DNA from: Bdellovibrionota bacterium
Lineage (GTDB): Bacteria; Bdellovibrionota_C; UBA2361; JBIKWN01
DNA: 64,000 bases
Direction of reading: 5' to 3'
Assembly: GCA_044356295.1 (NCBI GenBank)
Contig: JBIKWN010000008.1
Coordinates: 1-64,000 of the forward strand
Shown here in pieces: positions 59,134 to 64,000 of this stretch. Position 1 is the first letter of the stretch. Each line of letters begins with the position of its first letter. Under the pieces are notes generated by a model. That model had not been told where the DNA came from and did no database searches. It worked only from the letters and a program-made list of their open reading frames with translations. Both the position numbers and the translations under genes were made by a program.

Positions 59134-59736
59134 ATGGATTCAGTACAACTTCGCTCACGCCTCCTTAAACTCCTTCAGAAAAGCCGAAAAGCTGTTCGTT
59201 TATATTCATCAGTCGATACCACATTAGTTGGTAAGTACCTTGTTAGTGGAGACGGTCAAATCTCAGAAACTAAGGTTCGTGAACTGCAATCAGACGAGTG
59301 GAAGAGAGTTACTACAGAACTCATGAGGGATCTTTCCTCTGCTCTTGAGAACCCAAATCCTAAACGATTAGTGCATGACCTTTATGCGCTTCGTGATCGC
59401 TCTTATTCAGATTGGCGATTGGCAGAAGCTGAACTTCATAGACATCAAAAAGATTTAGTAACTGCAGCTGAGACAAGTGATTTTATTAAAGCATCAGTAC
59501 TATCGATAAAGCTCATTCGAATGAAGGCTCACTTTCAAGCCAGTCAAGCGGTATATCAAGAAATGCAAGAAGTGCTTTCAAAATCGAGTGCAGTTTCACC
59601 AGCTCAAGTGGTTATGCTCTCTGAGGATATGAAGGATCAAGAAGTGCTTCTTAAAGAGGGAAATCATCAAGAAGAGTTTCAACCACGTATAGCCAATGTA
59701 ATTCCACTTCGACAAAAGCGTGTGCTTGGTGCTTAA
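59134..59736 (+). CDS. Hypothetical helical protein
   Basis: 200-aa ORF; TTGACT-16-TATCTT immediately upstream. Confidence 0.7.
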   Translation: MDSVQLRSRLLKLLQKSRKAVRLYSSVDTTLVGKYLVSGDGQISETKVRELQSDEWKRVTTELMRDLSSALENPNPKRLVHDLYALRDRSYSDWRLAEAELHRHQKDLVTAAETSDFIKASVLSIKLIRMKAHFQASQAVYQEMQEVLSKSSAVSPAQVVMLSEDMKDQEVLLKEGNHQEEFQPRIANVIPLRQKRVLGA

Positions 59737-59758
59737 TTTTTATAACGCTTTTTAACCG

Positions 59759-60607
59759 CTACCCAAAGATCATAATCGCAATACCAATAATGGTAATTAA
59801 AGCACCACATAATTTTCGAAAAAATCCGATCTCGCCAAATAATTTATTGCCACTAATAATAGTAAAAATAAGGTTAACCCTCATGAGAGCTGCGAGTTCT
59901 GGGCCTGTAATAAAACGAAGTGCATTTAATTTTAAACACATAAAAACAGCTTCAAAAAACCCTCGAAGAGAAAATGCTTTTGCATGAGACCTTAATTCAT
60001 GCAGCGATTTTCTTTTCAACATCAGGGTTGGTAAGAGGAAAAGCCCAGCAAGAATATTCATGAAAAGTCCGCTGACAATAGGGGAACCTGCACCTACACT
60101 GAGTCGATCAAAACAGGTATTAATACTAAAAAAGAAAGCTGTAAGAAGGCTATAAACGATTGCTTTTTTTGAAGGCAGCGCTCTTCCTGATGTCATAATA
60201 ATAAGATTTCCTGCCACAGCAAGGATGACACCGATTATCATTGGGGTTGTAATTGGATCATTGGTGATAAGTGGCGATGTTAATAGGGTAACGACAGGAT
60301 GAAGCGAAATAAGAGCGGATACAGAAGAAAACTCACCGTGGCTTAAAGCATGCATCTTAAAACTTTCTGCGAACATGTCAGAAAAACTTCTTAAGAAAAC
60401 AAAAAGAAAAAAGCCTGCCCCAATATGAGGTTGCTCCCATCCTAATGCTACTGCAACCAAAAGAAGCACAAGGTAAAATGGGATTGCAAATGCAAAAGAA
60501 GCAAAAGCAGAGATGGTACCATCCACTGTAAAGCTTACCTTTTTACTGATGGTGTCTTTGGCGCTCCCTGTTAATGCTGCCAATATCGCAAAGCTATATC
60601 CGATCAT
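59759..60607 (-). CDS. EamA/DMT family transporter
   Basis: About ten TM segments in two repeats. Confidence 0.8.
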   Translation of the reverse strand: MIGYSFAILAALTGSAKDTISKKVSFTVDGTISAFASFAFAIPFYLVLLLVAVALGWEQPHIGAGFFLFVFLRSFSDMFAESFKMHALSHGEFSSVSALISLHPVVTLLTSPLITNDPITTPMIIGVILAVAGNLIIMTSGRALPSKKAIVYSLLTAFFFSINTCFDRLSVGAGSPIVSGLFMNILAGLFLLPTLMLKRKSLHELRSHAKAFSLRGFFEAVFMCLKLNALRFITGPELAALMRVNLIFTIISGNKLFGEIGFFRKLCGALITIIGIAIMIFG

Positions 60608-60628
60608 GTCTTAGAATTTTTAAAAAAA

Positions 60629-61792
60629 TTAATAATCGAGCTGTAAAAGTAGACCTTTTAAATAGCGACCTTCAGGATGGAAAACAGATTCAGGATGGCA
60701 GCATGCCTGAGTAAAGCGGTGAATGATTCGTGCAGGGCGACCGACTTCTACACAAGCACTTGTTACTGCTGATTCAAAACTTGAAGCTGAAATAACTTGA
60801 GAGCAAGAAAAAGTAGCAAATAGTCCATCTGGGGCGACTTTTTCAAGAGCAGCTTTATTAAGCCTGGCATAACCTTTAATTGCAGCTTTTTCTGCCGAAA
60901 CGTGTTTTGCAAAAGCAGGGGGGTCGCACACTACAATATCAAAAAGTTCTTTTGATTCTTTTAAGTAATCAAACACATCTGAATCGATTGCTCGGTGGGA
61001 TGTACCTTGATTGAGCTCTATATTTTTTTTACAAAATTCAATTGCATGTTTAGAACTGTCAACCGAGACCACATCTGAGGCGCCACCTTTAATTGCAGCA
61101 ACTGAAAAGCCTCCAGAGTAGGAAAATAGATTTAAGACTTTTTTATTATCACTGAGCGTTGAGATAAAAGCTCTGCTGTCTCGTTGGTCAAGGAAGAATC
61201 CAGTTTTTTGACCATCAAGAGGTGATACGAAAAACTGCATTCCGTTTTCTTTTATGATGATTGCATCAGGTATAGATCCATAGACAACTTCGTTCTTACC
61301 ATCTTGTACAGTGGTTTGGCTTTTTAAAATAATTGCTTCAGGTTTAACTGTTTCAATCAAACAATCGAGAATTATTTGTAGGTGAGGTAAAAGCCCCACG
61401 CTGTGAATCTGAACGACAAGAATTGCATTGAAATAATCAACAATTAAGCCTGAGCATTCATCGCCTTCGCCGTGAATGAGCCGGTATGCGTTAGTTTCAT
61501 TTCGGTTCATCGGCAAGCTTTGTCGAAGCCGAAATGCATTTTGGATCCTTTTAAGAAATAGATTTTTTAATGAAATTTCAGAATTTTTATCAAAACTAAG
61601 GATTCGAACAGCGATTGAACTTTCTTGAAAATATCCTAACCCCAAAGATTCTTTCTTGTGACTCAATACTTCGACGTAATCACCATTCTTAAATCCTGAA
61701 AGAGGTGATTTAATCGCTCCTGAAAAGACCCACGGATGGCGTCGTAAGATTGGAGCTTCTTTTCCTGGTTTGAGTTCGATAGCCTTATACAT
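60629..61792 (-). CDS. rlmI: 23S rRNA m5C1962 methyltransferase (RlmI-like)
   Basis: HPWVFSGAI, RLIHGEGD..SGL.VD, GQKTGFFLDQR, LNLFSYSGGF, DPPAF, FSCS, YLK. Confidence 0.9.
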   Translation of the reverse strand: MYKAIELKPGKEAPILRRHPWVFSGAIKSPLSGFKNGDYVEVLSHKKESLGLGYFQESSIAVRILSFDKNSEISLKNLFLKRIQNAFRLRQSLPMNRNETNAYRLIHGEGDECSGLIVDYFNAILVVQIHSVGLLPHLQIILDCLIETVKPEAIILKSQTTVQDGKNEVVYGSIPDAIIIKENGMQFFVSPLDGQKTGFFLDQRDSRAFISTLSDNKKVLNLFSYSGGFSVAAIKGGASDVVSVDSSKHAIEFCKKNIELNQGTSHRAIDSDVFDYLKESKELFDIVVCDPPAFAKHVSAEKAAIKGYARLNKAALEKVAPDGLFATFSCSQVISASSFESAVTSACVEVGRPARIIHRFTQACCHPESVFHPEGRYLKGLLLQLDY

Positions 61793-61794
61793 AG

Positions 61795-62268
61795 ATGGCT
61801 AATCTTATACTAATTCGACATGGTGATGCACTTCATCCGGCTGAGGCGATGATACAGGGTCTTTTGGATTCAGAAAGACCTTTAACTCAGCTTGGGCAGG
61901 AGCAAGTCTTACGGTCGGCCAGTGAGATATCGAAGAAATTGGTACAGACAAAACCGCTACTCATCGTATCGAGCCCCTATGTTCGAGCTGTTCAAACAGC
62001 GGAGCTTATTATGAACCAACTTAAGAAAGATAATTTTCATATTACTGAAATGAAGCAAAATGCATGCTTTGTTCCCGACGAAGACTCTTCTTTAGCAGTT
62101 GATGTTATAGGTGAGTATGTGGATGAAGGTAAGAATGATCAGGTTATAGTCGTTTCACATCTTCCTATAATTTCTGAGATGTTTAGTGAACTTTGTAGGC
62201 GAGTAAAGCAGGATAAGAAAAGTAGTGCGTCATTTAGTACGGCTGAGTGGAAGTTTGTGGTATTATAA
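61795..62268 (+). CDS. sixA: Phosphohistidine phosphatase SixA-like
   Basis: LIRHGDA, D.ERPLT..G, SSP.VRA.QTA, VSHLP. Confidence 0.85.
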   Translation: MANLILIRHGDALHPAEAMIQGLLDSERPLTQLGQEQVLRSASEISKKLVQTKPLLIVSSPYVRAVQTAELIMNQLKKDNFHITEMKQNACFVPDEDSSLAVDVIGEYVDEGKNDQVIVVSHLPIISEMFSELCRRVKQDKKSSASFSTAEWKFVVL

Positions 62269-62364
62269 CGTGTCAGAAAAATCAAAACCGTGGGGATTTT
62301 TCTTAAACAACAAAGAATCCATCGCTATCTCAACTGAATCTAACACTATGGTAGATATATTCCG

Positions 62365-63162
62365 ATGAAACCAGACATCCGTTACACAAACCGCCATTCA
62401 ATAGAATATTTGCCCAGCTGGAGTAATCACCAAAGCATCTATCTTAACGAAGAACATAAAAATATTTATTCAAAAACAGAGCATCTTGAAGGTTGGCAAG
62501 CCGTTGGAGATAGCCTAAAACTTTTCGAGATGGGCTACTACTGCGGAGATGTAATACTAGAAATAGGAATGTACGGTGGGCGTTCTGCAACTGTTGAACT
62601 ACTCGGAGCACTCAATAATCCTAATAGAATATCACCGTAATATTACGGCATAGATATTTCACCTGAAGTAATTGTACGCACAAGAAAAAACTTAAGAGCA
62701 CAGGACTCAGAAAAATACGCCGTATTATTTGGCGGAGATATCGGAAGCTTTGAATCCCAAATTGATATTACTCCAACAATGGTTTTTCTTGATGGAGACC
62801 ATTCATATAAAGGAGTAAAATCGGATTTAAATGTTCTCTCACGAATGCTCGTTGAAAATACTCCAGTCCTTTGTCATGACTATGCAGGGCCAGAAGTTAT
62901 AGATCCTAAGGTTTTTGATAATTTACCAGATAACTACGAAGTTACTCCTGACGTCATGTGGATAGGTGTTCAGAAAGCTTGTCGTGAATGGGAGCAAGAC
63001 GGATACGCAGTTTTCTTGGGTACATTCGGATGCTCTGGTTTATATCTTACAACTTCTAAATGTACAGGTAGTAAACAAGGATTAAGAAGTAGTAAGTTTA
63101 CTAATATTCAGACTGTTTTAGATGAACAGTATACAAAGATGTTTACTTCGATTGGGTATTAA
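62365..63162 (+). pseudogene. Class I SAM methyltransferase (Methyltransf_24-like) interrupted by an in-frame TAA at 62638-62640
   Basis: LEIGMYGGRS...SP*YYGIDIS...VFLDGDHSY...HDY continue in one frame across the stop. Confidence 0.8.
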
Positions 63163-63222
63163 AGATCCCATTTCATTTCCCTGCTCGTTGGTTCTATACG
63201 AATAGTAGGTTATAGAATAACT

Positions 63223-63999
63223 TTACCTTTTAATTCGATATGGAATTGAAGGAAATAAATTGTAGTTTTTAATTCCATCAGAAAGATAAAAAGCAGTTGA
63301 TTCAATATACCCATCTGTTGATGCATACGTGTAAACAGTGTGAGAGTCATAGCGTATAGCTAGTGCAGCTTGTCTAGAAGTAAGCAGAATAGGTGATACT
63401 TCTATAGGTTGTGTAAGAAGTGTTACCTGTTTTTTCCATTCCTTATTAACAAGAGTATAAAGAGAGCTCTGATTATCTGAATCAATTCCAACTACAGCTA
63501 CTTCGTTGCCAAATGGTACTGCGTGAGTAATTTTTATATTTGGTAAGAGAGGAATAGTGCTCTTTGATAATGATTTCGTGACACCAAAAATTGAAACCTT
63601 TTTTCCGACGAGTGAGGCAATGAGTGATGTTGATTGACCTTTCGGAGTGTAACAGAAAAAAGATGGATTTTTCGAGACAGGCAGCAAGCCTAGTTTTTTA
63701 TTGCCAAGGAATATTTCAATTCCTTTTGCGCTTCTGCGAGTTCGTGCAACGACAATCTTATTCTTTAACATACACCCATCAATAAATGTTGTATTTTTTA
63801 CTTTTCTTGGTGCGATAGAGAACCTTTCAATTTTTGAAGGATTTGACTTTCTTTTTGGTTTCTCTGTTAAAACTGTTGGTGCAAGCTCGCTGTCTTTAAG
63901 TAATCTAAGAGGCTTTCCAACGACTGTTACAGCGACACCTCTGGCTGTTAGTAATGAGAGACGATTAGAAAGAATAAAAGAATCCGCTTCTTGGGCCCC
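63223..63999 (-). CDS. Hypothetical protein, 5'-truncated by the window edge
   Basis: Frame stays open upstream of ATG 63771 to the end of the window. Confidence 0.65.
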   Translation of the reverse strand, partial: GAQEADSFILSNRLSLLTARGVAVTVVGKPLRLLKDSELAPTVLTEKPKRKSNPSKIERFSIAPRKVKNTTFIDGCMLKNKIVVARTRRSAKGIEIFLGNKKLGLLPVSKNPSFFCYTPKGQSTSLIASLVGKKVSIFGVTKSLSKSTIPLLPNIKITHAVPFGNEVAVVGIDSDNQSSLYTLVNKEWKKQVTLLTQPIEVSPILLTSRQAALAIRYDSHTVYTYASTDGYIESTAFYLSDGIKNYNLFPSIPYRIKR

Positions 64000-64000
64000 T

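Noticed and set aside
741..59987. Numerous 60-130 aa ORFs nested in or antisense to long genes
   Set aside because: They overlap well-supported CDSs and show no motifs; treated as chance ORFs.

Overview
AT-rich bacterial chromosome segment from a diderm with lipid A genes. Gene content suggests a Bdellovibrionota/deltaproteobacterial-type organism; this is inference, no search was run. Core genes: tRNA-Ile2(CAT), thrS, type-2 ileS, mitochondrial-type aconitase, fadJ/B-type oxidation subunit, dnaB, ispF-folB, lpxB-msbA-DUF374-waaA-lpxK, cmoB, rlmI, sixA. Accessory blocks: a two-photolyase module, a CsaB/TagA/WecB/WecA polysaccharide cluster, and an operon for predicted secreted papain-like and caspase-like proteases plus Cys-rich proteins next to REP-doublet repeats. 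Most notable signals read from the DNA: (1) two integrase-free islets (PIN toxin-antitoxin; AAA-DUF4143 ATPase), each bracketed by a duplicated 3' end of a housekeeping gene (dnaB, folB); (2) a tRNA gene flanked on both sides by inverted copies of its own arms; (3) an unannotated ~200-nt candidate sigma-54 sRNA with a CA-repeat loop, terminator, upstream palindrome and a possible target in this window; (4) many genes with leaderless architecture; (5) several enzymes lacking catalytic residues. All product calls come from motif recognition by eye.
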